From assembly GCF_006345805.1 (NCBI RefSeq), contig NC_043000.1:77128001-77192000 (forward strand): a DNA stretch of 64,000 bases, in the 5' to 3' direction. The DNA comes from Octopus sinensis. Lineage: Eukaryota. The stretch's first letter is position 1; every line of letters begins with the position of its first letter. Shown in pieces: positions 39,458 through 53,272 of this stretch. The notes under the pieces were generated by a model that was not told where the DNA came from, ran no database searches, and worked only from the letters and a program-made list of their open reading frames with translations. A program made the position numbers and the translations under genes.

Positions 39458-40773
39458 AACAAATCAAATTGCGATAAAATAAAAATCATTATAATCGCTG
39501 GTATTACTAACACAAGCCATATATTTTTCATATATCAGTACATTAAGGCGAAACATGTGCTAGGAATACAGAGCTTGATAAATTAAGTGAAATGAAGATA
39601 AAAACATTTATTAAACCGGTAATTCTCAGACTGCAGTTTCTTTCTTTTCAGCATAAAGATAATTTATTTGCCCAGGGAGAATTCTTCAGTGAGACCCTGT
39701 TTTTCTGGGATCCTAACTCACTAGAAGCATGTGCGTCTAATGATTTACTCTTCCTAACTAATCATATCACTGCGCAACTCCGAACGTCCCGACAACACTA
39801 GGGAATTCTGGTATAACGCCTGGCGCTCATAATTTATCGAGAAATATGTAAACAAATCAAATGCGATAAAATAAAAATCATTATAATCGCTGGTATTACT
39901 AACACAAGCCATATATTTTTCATATATCAGTACATTAAGGCGAAATATGTGCTAGGAATACAGAAGCTTGATAAATTAAGTGAAATGAAGATAAAAACAT
40001 TTACTAAACCGGTAAATTCTCAGACTGCAGTTTCTTTCTTTTCAGCAATAAAGATAATTTATTTGCCCAGGGAAATTCTTCAGTGAGACCCTGTTTTTCT
40101 GGGATCCTAACTCACTAGAAGCATGTGCGTCTAATGATTTACTCTTCCTAACTAATCATATCACTGCGCAGACTCCGAACGTCCCGACAACACTAGGGAA
40201 TTCTGGTATAACGCCTGGCGCTCATAATTTATCGAGAAATATGTAAACAAATCAATTGCGATAAAATAAAAATCATTATAATCGCTGGTATTACTAACAC
40301 AAGCCATATATTTTTCATATATCAGTACATTAAGGCGAAATATGTGCTAGGAATACAGAAGCTTGATAAATTAAGTGAAATGAAGATAAACATTTACTAA
40401 ACCGTAAATTCTCAGACTGCAGTTTCTTTTTCTTTTCAGCAATAAGATAATTTATTTGCCCAGGAGAATTCTTCAGTGAGACCCTGTTTTTCTGGATCCT
40501 AACTCACTAGAAGCATGTGCGTCTAATGATTTACTCTTCCTAACTAATCATATCACTGCGCAGACTCCGAACGTCCCGACAACACTAGGGAATTCTGGTA
40601 TAACGCCTGGCGCTCATAATTTATCGAGAAATATGTAAACAAATCAAATTGCGATAAAATAAAAATCAATTATAATCGCTGGTATTACTACTACACACCA
40701 TATATTTTTCATATATCAGTACATTAAGGCGAAATATGTGCTAGAATACAGAACTTGATAAATTAAGTGAAAT
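39456..40773. repeat. tandem array of about 393-bp units (3.3 copies)
   Basis: Unit starts at 39456, 39849, 40244 and 40636; copies differ mainly by 1-nt indels. Confidence 0.95.
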
Positions 40774-40783
40774 ATATATATAT

Positions 40784-40838
<55 letters not shown>

Positions 40839-40854
40839 ATATTAATATATATAT

Positions 40855-40940
<86 letters not shown>

Positions 40941-40942
<2 letters not shown>

Positions 40943-41378
40943 CGTAGGAGTGGCCGTGTGGTAAGTAGCTTACTTACCGACCACATGCTTCCGGGTTCAG
41001 TCATACTGCGTGGCACCTTGGCCAAGTGTCTCCTACTATAGCCTCGGGCCGACCAAAGCCTTCTGAGTAAATTTGGTAGACGGAAACTGAAAGAAGCCCG
41101 TCGTATATATGTACATATATATATATCTATATCTATCTATATATATATATATTTGTGTATGTGTGTGTGCGTGTGTGGTGTGTGTGTCTGTGTTTGTCCC
41201 CCCCAACTTCGCTTGACAACCGATGCTGGTGTGTTTACTTCCCCGTAACTTAGTGGTTCGGCAAAAGAGACCGATAGAATAAGTACTAGGCTTATAAAGA
41301 ATAAGTCCTGGCATCGATTTGCTCGACTAAAGGCGGTGCCCCAGCATGGCCGCAGTCAAATGACTGAAACAAGTAAAA
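40941..41378 (+). mobile_element. full-length SINE
   Basis: Same family as 38966. Confidence 0.9.
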
Positions 41379-41671
41379 TATATATATATATATTTATTTA
41401 TTTAGTTATCTCCGGTTCTATTCTGTACTGTACACGGGTTTATCCTTGGATAGTTCAAGTATCTTATTAGTTTTTCTTTGACAAGATATTGCTTATTACT
41501 CCATCATCCTTCCTCAATTTCATGCATATACCTATGTCGGTCTGTCTATTTATCTGTCTGTTGTCTATCTGTCTGTCTGTCTGCATATATATGAATGTGC
41601 GGCTGGGTTTGTGTAATATTTAGACATGCTCAAACATATATAGATTTATACATACCTACATACATAGCTGC

Positions 41672-41739
<68 letters not shown>

Positions 41740-41741
41740 TG

Positions 41742-41775
<34 letters not shown>

Positions 41776-41789
41776 GATACATAGATAAC

Positions 41790-43110
41790 TTTCTTTTATT
41801 AGCCACACAGGGCTGAATACAGAGGGGACAAATACAAATGCAGAGCTTTTCTTTTCGAGGGTGGAAAAAAAAGAAAATAAATGTAATATTGCGATCAAAA
41901 AGGATCGAGAGGAGGAAAAAAAAGAAAAGAAATCGTGTATCACAGAAATAATGATAAAAACATTGATAAAACAAGATTGGGTTCATCCGCGGGAATAAAA
42001 GCCTACAGAAAAGACCACGGGAACCTCAGTCAGGGAGGAAATAACCACATGAGATCAAAATGCTCTCTTTCTTTCTTTTTTACGATCTACAGGATCATGC
42101 TCAAAATGGTTTCGTCACTCGCACGCACCATCTTTGCAACATTCACCCATCTTTTTTTGAATCTTTCGCGAGACAAAACTTCCCTCTCCATTCTCACCTT
42201 CCTATTCAAGTGGTACTTGAAAAAGTTGATGAGCGATTGGCCAGAGAGGTAAGTGTTTGTCTCTAATCCTTTCGCTCGGGTCCACCACACACATTCTTTC
42301 ACCATGGCCACCAGTACGATGAAAACTGCCCTGCCTTCCCGGCTGAGGGAAGGGGGCGGAGCAATTCTCACGATAGACTCGGCCGATAGGCGGATTCGTC
42401 CCACACGTGACAGTAGCCGTTCGGCATAAGCCCACAGGTCTGAAATGGTTGGACATTGCACGAGTGCGTGCAGAACGGTTTCGTCGCTCTGACCGCATCT
42501 CGGGCAAGTCGGTCCAGTGTGTCTGGAACCGTGTCTGTAGAGCTTATCCCGAACAGGTAATGCTTCTCGATAGCACTGCCAGGCCAGGGATCTTTGGTGA
42601 TTGTTCATAGGTCCCGGCCCGAAAGTTGTCCTGAACAGGCGGGTCAGGTGTTCCTCGTCGACGCCCAGACTCTGCCCGAGTTCGTCGTCGCACCTCCCCT
42701 CCACTAATCCTCTATAGAATGCCTTTGTTGTGATGGAGTCGCACAAGTTCGATCCCGGACGGCAGAGTTGCTTGAGAGCAACGCGACACTCGCGGTGCCA
42801 TTCGCCTAGCCTCGGTCTCTGCTTGATCCATGACTGTAGTTCGTCCAAGGAGACGAGCTGCGGGAAAGCGCGCCGTACAAAAGGCGACCACACCTGTTCA
42901 CTGTTGTCTATGAAGCGCCTCAGATGTCGCAGTCTCAGCGCATGTCTGCGCATCATCAACCACGGCATGCCCAGCCCTCCATTTAGCGGGTGTTGACAGC
43001 AAATGGATCGCCTAACCATCGGAACGTTTCCCTTCCACAAGAAGCGGAAGAGTATACGTTCCAGTTTGGTGATGGTAGGGTCGGGACAAGGCACGACGGT
43101 CAGACGATAC
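41790..43110 (-). mobile_element. Tx1-clade LINE, 5'-truncated, ORF2 C-terminal part still open
   Basis: KLERILFRFLWKG...HPLNGGLGMP...CPRCGQSDETVLHALVQCP; 3' end gccctgtgtggctaataaaagaaa runs into microsatellite. Confidence 0.9.
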
Positions 43111-43333
43111 CTATTTAATTTGGTATTTTTTTCTCGACATTTTCGAAATGTCGAGAAAAAAAATATCAAATTAAATAGGGTTGAAACTGCCCCTCCTCCT
43201 TTGGAAAAGCACTCAAACAAAACTTGGGTGCCTTACACACCTTATTTACAAAAATGTACACAAAATATGGGCTATAAATAGTCAAAATAAACGATTACCT
43301 TCGGAGCCGAAGTGACAGCACGTCCGTAAATAA

Positions 43334-43383
<50 letters not shown>

Positions 43384-43423
43384 TGATAGATATATAGATA
43401 GATAGAGTGATATATATATATAT

Positions 43424-43455
<32 letters not shown>

Positions 43456-43463
<8 letters not shown>

Positions 43464-43744
43464 AAAGGGCTTAGTAAAATAAATTACTTTGCCGCATACT
43501 GAACTCATTAGAAATAGCAGCTAAAAAACTTTTTAAGGCTATTTCTAATACTTAAGAAAATCTCTCTCATATATAGTGTTTGCTTAATTCAACTCACAAG
43601 TTGTGAGTTGAATTAAGCAAACACTATATATGAGAGAGATTTCTTTAAGTATTAGAAATAGCCTTAAAAAGTTTTTTAGCTGCTATTTCTAATGAGTTCA
43701 GTATGCGGCAAAGTAATTTATTTTACTAAGCCCTTTTATATAAT
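43456..43744. repeat. near-perfect 289-bp palindrome, 1-nt spacer at 43600
   Basis: 144-bp arms with one local difference (ttaagaaaat versus ttaaagaaat); abuts (AT)n. Confidence 0.95.
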
Positions 43745-43849
43745 GTAATAATTTGAATTCGCCTTGAATGGTCCCTTTGCATACTGAACACTTGGTGAAA
43801 TTGATTAATAATTAATTAATTTTGCCCTCAATTGTTGAAATATATATAT

Positions 43850-43952
<103 letters not shown>

Positions 43953-43953
43953 C

Positions 43954-43986
<33 letters not shown>

Positions 43987-44493
43987 CATACATACATACA
44001 TACATACATACATACATACATACATACATACATACATACATACATACATACATAGAGAGACCTGCATATAAACATTCTTTAAATTTATGGAACGAACATA
44101 ACGTTGTGTCTCAACATGTGTGTATGTTTGTATATGTATGTGTGTTTGTGTATGTGTCTAGCAGAGAGTGAGAGAGAGAAAGAAAGAGAGAGAAATAGAT
44201 GAAGAGAGGCAGAGAGCTAGAGAGACAGCGAGCTAGAGAGCTAGAGAGCTAGAGAGAGAGAGAGAGAGCTAGTGAGAGAGAGAGAGAGAGAGCTAGAGAA
44301 GGAGCTAGAGAGAGAGAGAGAGAGCTAGAGAGAGGGAGAGAGCTAGAGAGAGAGAGAAAGAGCTAGGGAGAGAGAGAGAGAGGGAGAGAGAGAAATGTAC
44401 AAATGTTTCCCATATGTTTGCAACAACAAAATATCCCCTAAAGTTGGAACATTACATGTGCGGTGTTTTTACGCTTTCATACCACACGTACGT

Positions 44494-44537
<44 letters not shown>

Positions 44538-44859
44538 ACAGACACACACACAAGTTTTCTATCGAAGTAAAAGAAAAGCAGGGATGATATTAGCATTAAC
44601 TGATAGAACTAATCACAAATTGTAACTTTTTCTATAGTAAGCCTTCGTCTTGTATCTTTCCTTTGAAGAGAAATAATGTATTTCAAACAAAGTATCATCA
44701 TTGAGTTCTTAACGAAGGAGGTGTTCAGAATGTCCGACTTCCAAAGTCATGCGTAACCTTAACGTAGATTCTCAGGGAGTTTCACCGTGAAGCAGAGTGA
44801 GACAACGTTGGCTTTTGAATTACAGCTACAACTTATTTTTGCTAGTGGACGGGAGGAAC

Positions 44860-44962
44860 GTGAAATAATGTGTGTGGGTCACGGACATATCACGTCGCCG
44901 GAAATCGAAATCACGACCTTGCGATCGTTAGCCGAACTCCCTAACCAAAAAGCCACGCGCCT
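44860..44962 (-). mobile_element. tRNA-derived SINE head
   Basis: Minus strand ggcgcgtggctttttggttaggg...ggtcgtgatttcgatttcc with A-box-like and B-box-like motifs. Confidence 0.6.
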
Positions 44963-45017
44963 TCACACACGCACACACGCACACGCACGCACACACGCAC
45001 GTACACACACGCACGCA

Positions 45018-45086
<69 letters not shown>

Positions 45087-45121
45087 GTACACACACGCAC
45101 GCACGCGCACACACACACACA

Positions 45122-45161
<40 letters not shown>

Positions 45162-45798
45162 GTACATATTTAAATATATAATCGTACTGTAAAAAAAAAA
45201 GATAAATCCTTTTCTTATCAGAAAATTTCATGTGCGGTAAGCATGTATCTCTGCCCATGAAATGTTCTAACGAGAAATCTGATTCACTATGTTACAGCAC
45301 AACAATATATTTATATATGTTCATCTATATGTATATTTATACGTTTGATAGATGTTTTAGCGACGTTGATAGATGTTTTAGCGTTGTGGACATTGGTTAT
45401 GAAACAGCTGTCAACAACTGGAATAAGCATTTCATCTCTCACTCCTCTATATGTATATGTATATGTATATGTGCGTGTGTGTGAGTGTGTATACACACAA
45501 ACATGTCTATATATATAAACATATATATGTATGTGTATATATCTATATACAAACATGTATATATATCAATATATATATATATATGTGTGTGTGTTGTGTG
45601 TATGTACTTGTGTCTCTGTAAATATGTATATATAATATATATATGTACATGTGTGTGTGTGTGTCTGTATGTGTGCGCGCGTGTGCACAAGCTGCATTCT
45701 AGAAGTTTTCAGACTTTTTAATGAGAAATATATTGATTTTAAAGAAGTACAAAACTCTAATCTCTGACTTCAATGTACTTGTAGCGTTTCAGCCACCT

Positions 45799-45946
45799 TC
45801 AGAAAGGTGCATAGACATCCTCCAAAACGAAGGTGTCCAGGACCTTTGTCATAGCATTCCTCACCTGCAAAACACACAACACACACACATATATATATAC
45901 ATATATTGATATATATACATGTTTGTATATAGATATATACACATAC

Positions 45947-45981
<35 letters not shown>

Positions 45982-46041
45982 TGTATGTATGTATGTATGT
46001 ATGTATGTATGTATGTATGTATGTATGTATGTATGTATGTA

Positions 46042-46080
<39 letters not shown>

Positions 46081-48847
46081 CCACACATATCTAATGTATC
46101 TGTTAACTTGTACATGCTAATTTCTGAAATTCAAAAGTTTCTTGTCTATAATTTACAATGAAATATTCAAATAACGGAGCAAACGACATCAAAAACCGAC
46201 ACCACACCAATCAAGGTTTACCTTTCTAAAATCGTTCTTTTCCGATGTATTGCAAGACTGAGAGGTAAGAGTGCTGATATTAAATCTTCTTAATCTTACA
46301 CTTAGTACAAAACAGGGAGATTCAATGCTGCCTTATAATATTGAGTTATTTCTATGTTCTGAGTTCAAATGTTGTCATTTAAATCTTTCTGTGATCAATA
46401 ATGTACGTACACGTCATGTTCTGAGAGAGGGCGCGATTAAATCAATTATACCTTCTTTAAATCTGGGGGGTTTTGTGTTCATGTGAGAAATAAATGATTG
46501 CTTCAAAGAGGTAAATGGTGCTGCCACAAAAGTGGCAGGTTATCAAGTAGTATTTAGAGAGATCTCTGTATTTTCGGTAGGAGACTGGACATTATTTAGT
46601 GACATCCCCATCTTTACTTTAGGGCACTTGACATTATTTAGAGGCATGTCCATCTTAATGATAGGATGTCATGCAGTATTTATTGACACCAACACCATTA
46701 CATTTTGAGTTCAAACCCTTCTGGAATCGAGTTTATCCTTGACTTTCATTTTTCGATTTAATTGGCCAAACACTCGCCCCAAATTTCTAGCCAGGAGTTT
46801 AAGTTACAAATCATCGGTCTGTCGATAGAGTCAATAAAAAAATATTCCAGCCCTTCTCCGAATCTGCGACCTTGTGATGTTGGAAATCATAAAGGCAACA
46901 GGGACAGTGCAACATTTTATGGTTTTTAGTTTCATCTCTCATTCCTCAATGAAAGAAATACCACCAATATACTGGTGTCGATTAGATTGGTTATAGCCAC
47001 TTTATATATGTCTTACTGTAAGACACTGAAAAATCAACCAAATTGATGTATTTATTAATTAATTGATAATATAACGACAAATCGAGTTAATCCTGAGTAA
47101 CTGAGGAAATAGTTACTATTTCCCGTCAGTACACCTGTATATTTACACCTGATCACTCATTGATAAGTACTTCCGGTCATTAAATGACTCCATGAAATTC
47201 ACGACCTCGTATTTTTATCTGTTTTATATTTATTGCTGGAAGTTGTTATTTAGCCCCATATCAGATTTGATTAAGCAGACATATGACCGAATAAATTATT
47301 TAATGTGACATTCCTTATTTTTAAAGAATTTGAAAGATATGGCTGCTATTTATAGCGCCATAAATTCAAGAAATGAATTTGAATAAATAAAAGAAAAAAT
47401 AAATAAATAGAAAGCTTAAGAAAAAAATTCATTTTAATTTTCAGAGGGAAAATAGTCTTATGGTTTCTGATACTGAACTCCCGGACCAACAAATGCGAGA
47501 TCAGATCTACTGGAGATATTTTATTCCACTTACATTCCTTCACATAGCGACCGCCGAGAATGGATCCCATTTGAACAAGGAACATCTATAAAAGAAAACT
47601 TCAATTAACTACAGTTCAGAGGAGGGTGTGTATTTAGGTCCCATCTGTTTAACCTTACAAAAGCTGGAAGTAACCATTGATTGACCCAATGGATTTTAGA
47701 CGAGTAAGAAAGGATTAACCCTTTATGAAAGTTAAACATGTTATTTTCTGTTACTGTTTTCTATGGCGATGTCAGGAAGTGTGTTTTTGTCGTCTATATT
47801 TCAGAGGTTACTTTGAATAGTAAGTATATTGTACATTGTTGTTGTTGATGTTGTTATAGTTATATTGTTGTTGTAATTGTAGTTTTTGTTTTGGTTGTTG
47901 TTGATGTTGTTCTTTAATCCCAGGTCAGCCCTAATTACATAAACCTATGATCATCAAAGACATTCCAACTGTGATCATCCTATCTTTTACAGGTATTTTC
48001 AATCCAGGACCACGTTATCCAGTGTGATCCTCTGTGATTTGGCTGTTATTTCTAGCAAATCAAGCGACTACCTTGACAACGTTCTCTAGTCTCGCGTTGT
48101 TGTTGTTTAGTCAAGGTCAGCCTTTGACTAAACAGACCTGTGATAGAAGCACCTAAACTATGACCTCTTTGTCATCCAATCGGTGCCTTTAATATTTCGG
48201 AATATTAATTTGCCCCTTGTTTTTAAGACTTCAAGGTGTAATGTGGGGGAGATTTGGCTGTTATTTTTAGCTGGTTGAACAACCACGTAGACAGTCCCTT
48301 TTTATCACAAATGTGAATTTGTTAGAGAGACGAGAACAGTCAACAGTCAGAAAAGTACCACAAAGCTGAAAGTAACATTGAAAACCTTGAGCATTGACAA
48401 ACAGCTTTTGTGTCTTGTCAGAGGTAATAGTCACAGCAACAGAGAAGTAAATACATGTGACGTATAAATTCATGGTAGTCGTGGTCTGTATTGATGATGA
48501 AGCACGTATTGTGACACTGAAACAACATAGACAACTATCTTGGCCGAGTTTGTGATCATGAAATCAGTAACTTAATTAGGATAGCTAATGAACGTGAGGA
48601 GAGGCATGAAATAGGAACTAATACAAATCTCTCTCCAATGAGCATTGTTAAAATCTATTTATCAGAAGATACCCCCCCCCCCAAAAAAAAATTTGGACCA
48701 GATCACTGAGAAGATAGCACATGGGTTCTTGGCACGCTTGTGAGTGTGATTGTGTGTGAGTGTGTGTATGTATGTATATATAATATATCTACCTCTCTAT
48801 ATATGTATACACAGACACACACACGCACACACACACACACATACACA

Positions 48848-48895
<48 letters not shown>

Positions 48896-48988
48896 TCACA
48901 CACACTTTTTTTTTACTGTAAGTCATGGATTGGTTGAAACAGAACAATATATGAATAAGAGTTGGTGGGAAGTACGCAAATACATACT
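45799..48988 (-). other. cluster of four splice-bounded exon candidates of an unidentified gene
   Basis: 48917-48988, 48455-48516, 47534-47585 (ttttcttttatag|...|GTAAGT) and an exon starting at 45864 (ttttgcag|), with ATTAAA at about 45717-45722. No recognisable protein. Confidence 0.3.
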
Positions 48989-49541
48989 CTGCATGTAAAG
49001 CAAACAGAAAGGTCAGTGTTAACATATCTGATACACATTAAATTAAAAATTACTCTCGTATGGAGGAGAATCATTAACTTAATGATCAAATCTAGTAAAG
49101 AAAGGCAGTGCAAGCATCTCTGGAATTACTTAAGAATATAATCTGTAATATTGCATTACACATTATATTTTTGACTTGCTGGCGGGGTGCAAGTGCACCC
49201 CCTAAAATCTTTTGGGAGCAATGAGAACGCTTTGAACATCTTCCTTACAAATATCATCGCCAAAACAAACGAGCATAGAAATATTTTTGAACTGGATTTA
49301 TCTGATTTGGTTGATGTACAAATATGATAATAATAATCATTATTATACCAGTGTTTGTTTTGGTATTAAGGTTGAAAAATCGACCTTATGTGTAAAACAT
49401 TTTGGACTTTGGTTTGAACTCACTAAACAAATTTCGTTCCAGCACTTATGGTAATAGTGAGACAAACAATGATAGACATGTTTCAATGTCATTACACCTC
49501 CTCGTAGAAGCCTAGTCTAATATTGTTTCACAAAGGTGACT

Positions 49542-49572
<31 letters not shown>

Positions 49573-50089
49573 ACACACACACACACACACACACTACACA
49601 CACGCACCCACTCATGCATATGAATATCACACACACACATGAATAAACACTGCGTAATATGGTAACTTGAAAGAATGACTAGGTAAAAAATATGAGTCAT
49701 ACTATGAATGCCTAATAATAAAGTCAGTGCAGACACATTTTCACGTAGTAGAGCAAAACATTTTGATTAGTATTCGAATTAGCTTACTAAAGTGTAAATA
49801 ATTTTCTTTTAACTACAACTATCAATCGTGGAGTTGATTTCAAATTAGGAGTGTTCCAGCTGTTAGTCAGGTGCATACAAAGACATCCATAGAAACGAAC
49901 ATGGATATGTATATATATATAAATATATAACTACTTAATATATATATGTATTTAATTAATTAATCACTGAATGTTAGTAGCACTGACTATTCTCTAGTTA
50001 ACTTATTACCATTTATCTTTTAATTGTTTTAATCATTAGACAGCAGGCCTTGCAGGGACACCATCATGGAGAAGTCCAGTCAAGTGAAT

Positions 50090-50478
50090 CGACCCTAGTA
50101 ATTTTTATTTCTAGGCCAGGTACTTATTCTATCACTAAGAGTAACCGCTATGTTACCGGAACGTAAACACACAAACACCGATCGTCAAGCGGTGGTGGGG
50201 GACAAACACAGATTTAAAGACACACATACACGCACACTCACACACATAGACTCACACACGCACATGCGCGCACGCACACATGCACACACGCATACACATA
50301 CACACGACATACACATACACACGCATACATACGACCGACTTCTTTCAGTTGCCGTTTACTAAATCCACTCAGAAGGCTTTGGTCGGGCCAAGGCTATAGT
50401 AGAAGATACTTGTCCAATGTACCACGCTGTGGGATTGAACTTGGATCCATGTGCTTGGGAAGCAAACTTCTTACCACA
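50090..50478 (-). mobile_element. SINE (38966 family), degenerate
   Basis: Reverse-complement core and tail motifs around an internal (CA)n region. Confidence 0.8.
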
Positions 50479-50599
50479 TTATTATAAGGGAGAATTACAG
50501 GTAGACTTATACGAACAAACAAACACAACCTATTCATAGTATTAAAATGTAAACAGATGAGTAATACTCAGCCAATAGAGCATTTGGAATACTAGGAAA

Positions 50600-51678
50600 A
50601 CCTTTTATACTTGTTAATAAAAAGTGAAGGAGAGTGTGCAGAAAGACTTGGCGTGTGTGTGTGTTGTATTGGTAGCAGGAATTTGACCGAGCGAGGTGCT
50701 GGTAGCTTTATCTGCAAAAGTACTGTTTGCAGAGAAATCTTGGTCAAGAAGTTGATATTAAGAAGACATGCACAATTGGTAGGAATCTAAATTTGGAAAT
50801 TCGGAAATTTGGAAGTAGTTCTATCAAATCTTGTAAGAAAACATCGCTTGAACAATATTCTGAAGATTGATACAATTCTTGGGGAAAAGAATTCGATTTG
50901 TAATCTGAAAGGACGAAATGTAAGAGGGTGAGAGGAAGAATAGGGGAAAAAGTGGGATAAATACATGGAGAGTTGGGAGAATTGAAGGAAAAAAATGAGT
51001 TTTAAAATGGCAAAGGATTAGAAATATCGGGTGACGAATTGCTTTCTGCTTATCATTGAAGAGTACATTTGCTATCAAACCTTCCTTAGATAGAATCAAC
51101 ACGTGATGAAAAGTGGGTTCCCCATAATCATATTTAATGGAAGCGACGTTAGGCAGCACCAAATAAAAGAAAAGAAAAAAGGAGAATTCATCCTCAAACT
51201 AGGATTATACCCCCAAAAAGTTAAGCTCCGTGTTTGGTGGGATATGCAGGGTGTCGTCTATCATGAAGTGTTAAACCAAAACGAAACAGCTAATGCAAAG
51301 TATGGTCGTCAATCAAAAGCATTGCGCAAAAATTTGCAAAAAATACCAAAGATATTACTCTTACACGATAATACAAGACTACATATTATCCACGTTACTC
51401 AGTAAAAGATTATGGCACCCAATATGGAATTTTTACCTCATCCTTCTTTTTCTCCTGACCTAGGGGTAAAAAGTTTATTAAAATTATATTGAGAGTTTCT
51501 TTGCTTCGAAATCTGAAGTATTTTACGACTGACAAAACAACAATTTGTAAATAGATGGGAGTATGTTATCAATAATGAATGGAAATATTATCTTGATTAA
51601 ATAGATTAATTAAAGCCTAAGAAATATTTATTTCTTTCCCATCTTGAAATGTGACGGGACTTTCGTTCCAACCTAATA
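50600..51678 (+). mobile_element. mariner transposon remnant
   Basis: DEKW, LYPQKVKLRVWWDMQGVVYHEVL, LHDNTRLH, PFSPDL; right TIR gggactttcgttccaacctaa plus TA. Left end not found. Confidence 0.9.
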
Positions 51679-52374
51679 GGTCATCAGCTCTATTGACCCA
51701 AACAATTTGATAGAACGTTGAATATCTATAGGATGCTGTATCGCCTGCATAGTAAAATACATCTAGAGGACACTGTACGGCGAAACAGGGAGTACAAACA
51801 CTGTAGCGACCCCCTCCACCATATCGAATTCACTATCTTGATAAGGGGAAGCATATATCTATGGGACACTGACCTCCTACTCGGTAAAATATAAACAACA
51901 GATGCTGATAGTGTGATTCGGTGCAATGTTTCAGAATTTGTTAGAAAAGGTTGCACAACCTCTAGCATAGTGGTGGTGGTGATTGTAGTGGCATTGATTA
52001 TGGTGGTGTTTATAGTAGTGGTGATGGCAGTGGTGATAATGTAGTGGGGTAGCGGTAGAGGTGGTGATAATGGTGATGATGGTGGTGGTTGGAATGAAAG
52101 TGGTTCTAGAATGTGCGACAAGGAAATAGAGGAAACCAAGAGGAGGCAGGAAATGACAATGGGGTGAGTGAAACAACATGGCGTCAAACTTTCCGATAAT
52201 GAGGTTAAAGGAAACAAAAAAAAAACAAAACATTACGTTGCCAAGGAAACCATATTTCATAGGGACTAATTCATTTTCATATCTATTGTTTAACGTTTAC
52301 TCCTCGTCTTCATTTTCTCACAATCGGGAGTAGGTTTTGCTATTGCTATTCTTTCTCTCGCTTTCCTTGTAAGT

Positions 52375-52405
<31 letters not shown>

Positions 52406-52480
52406 GTTGTAGTAGTAGTAGTTGTGGTAGTGGTGGTGGTGGTGGTGGTAGTAATAGTAGTAGATGACGAAGTAGTAGTG

Positions 52481-52541
<61 letters not shown>

Positions 52542-53158
52542 CAGCAGCAGCAACAGCAGCAATAGTTGTTTCATTTTCAACTACTAATTTTAAAAAATTT
52601 AATCTAAGACGGTGGTTGGTTCTGCTCATTATCTTGGATTTATCTAATGCTACATCCGCCAGAGCTCCGGGTCCACATTCCTTCACCTGAAGCTTTTTAC
52701 ACTACGTTTACCACACACCAACATTGCACACAGTAATACATATAAACACATATTTCAGACCCATCACTGCACTTTTATGTCCACAGTTTAGTCTCTCCTT
52801 TCCTCCACTCCTACATATACACTTCACAAACATTTCCTCTCTTTTCTTCTGATATAAAATAGGGAGCAGGGATAGTGGTGAGTTCACTATGTTTACTGGT
52901 TAAGCTTATACTGTCAGTCTTTGCTGGAGATAAGAGTGCGACAGTGGGATAAGGAGAGAGACAGCGAGTAATATAAAGGTAGGGGTAGAACTCTGTGTGT
53001 GCGTGCGTGTGTGTGTATGTGTGTGAGCGAGTCTAGTTACGCGCACGTGCGCACGTGCACACACATGCGCATACAAGGAAAGAGTGAGAGAGGAAGACGA
53101 GAGAGAGGGAGAGAGAAAGGAATGCAGATAGAGACACATACATACATACATACATACA

Positions 53159-53235
<77 letters not shown>

Positions 53236-53272
53236 ACAAAAGTGGTGGGGGTGTTTCCACGCAGGAATAATT

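Noticed and set aside
39456-40773. CRISPR-like or coding tandem array
   Set aside because: No unique spacers, eukaryotic context, and frames broken between copies.
44900-44962. tRNA gene (also other SINE heads)
   Set aside because: No complete cloverleaf, and each continues into SINE body sequence.
45760-47585. Selenoprotein read-through of in-frame TGA codons in the exon candidates
   Set aside because: No SECIS identified, no recognisable selenoprotein motif, and the exons themselves are unproven.
52318-52686. Poly-Thr/Asp ORF
   Set aside because: Built from (TAG)n, (TGG)n and (CAT)n repeats; the unique part is short and unrecognised.
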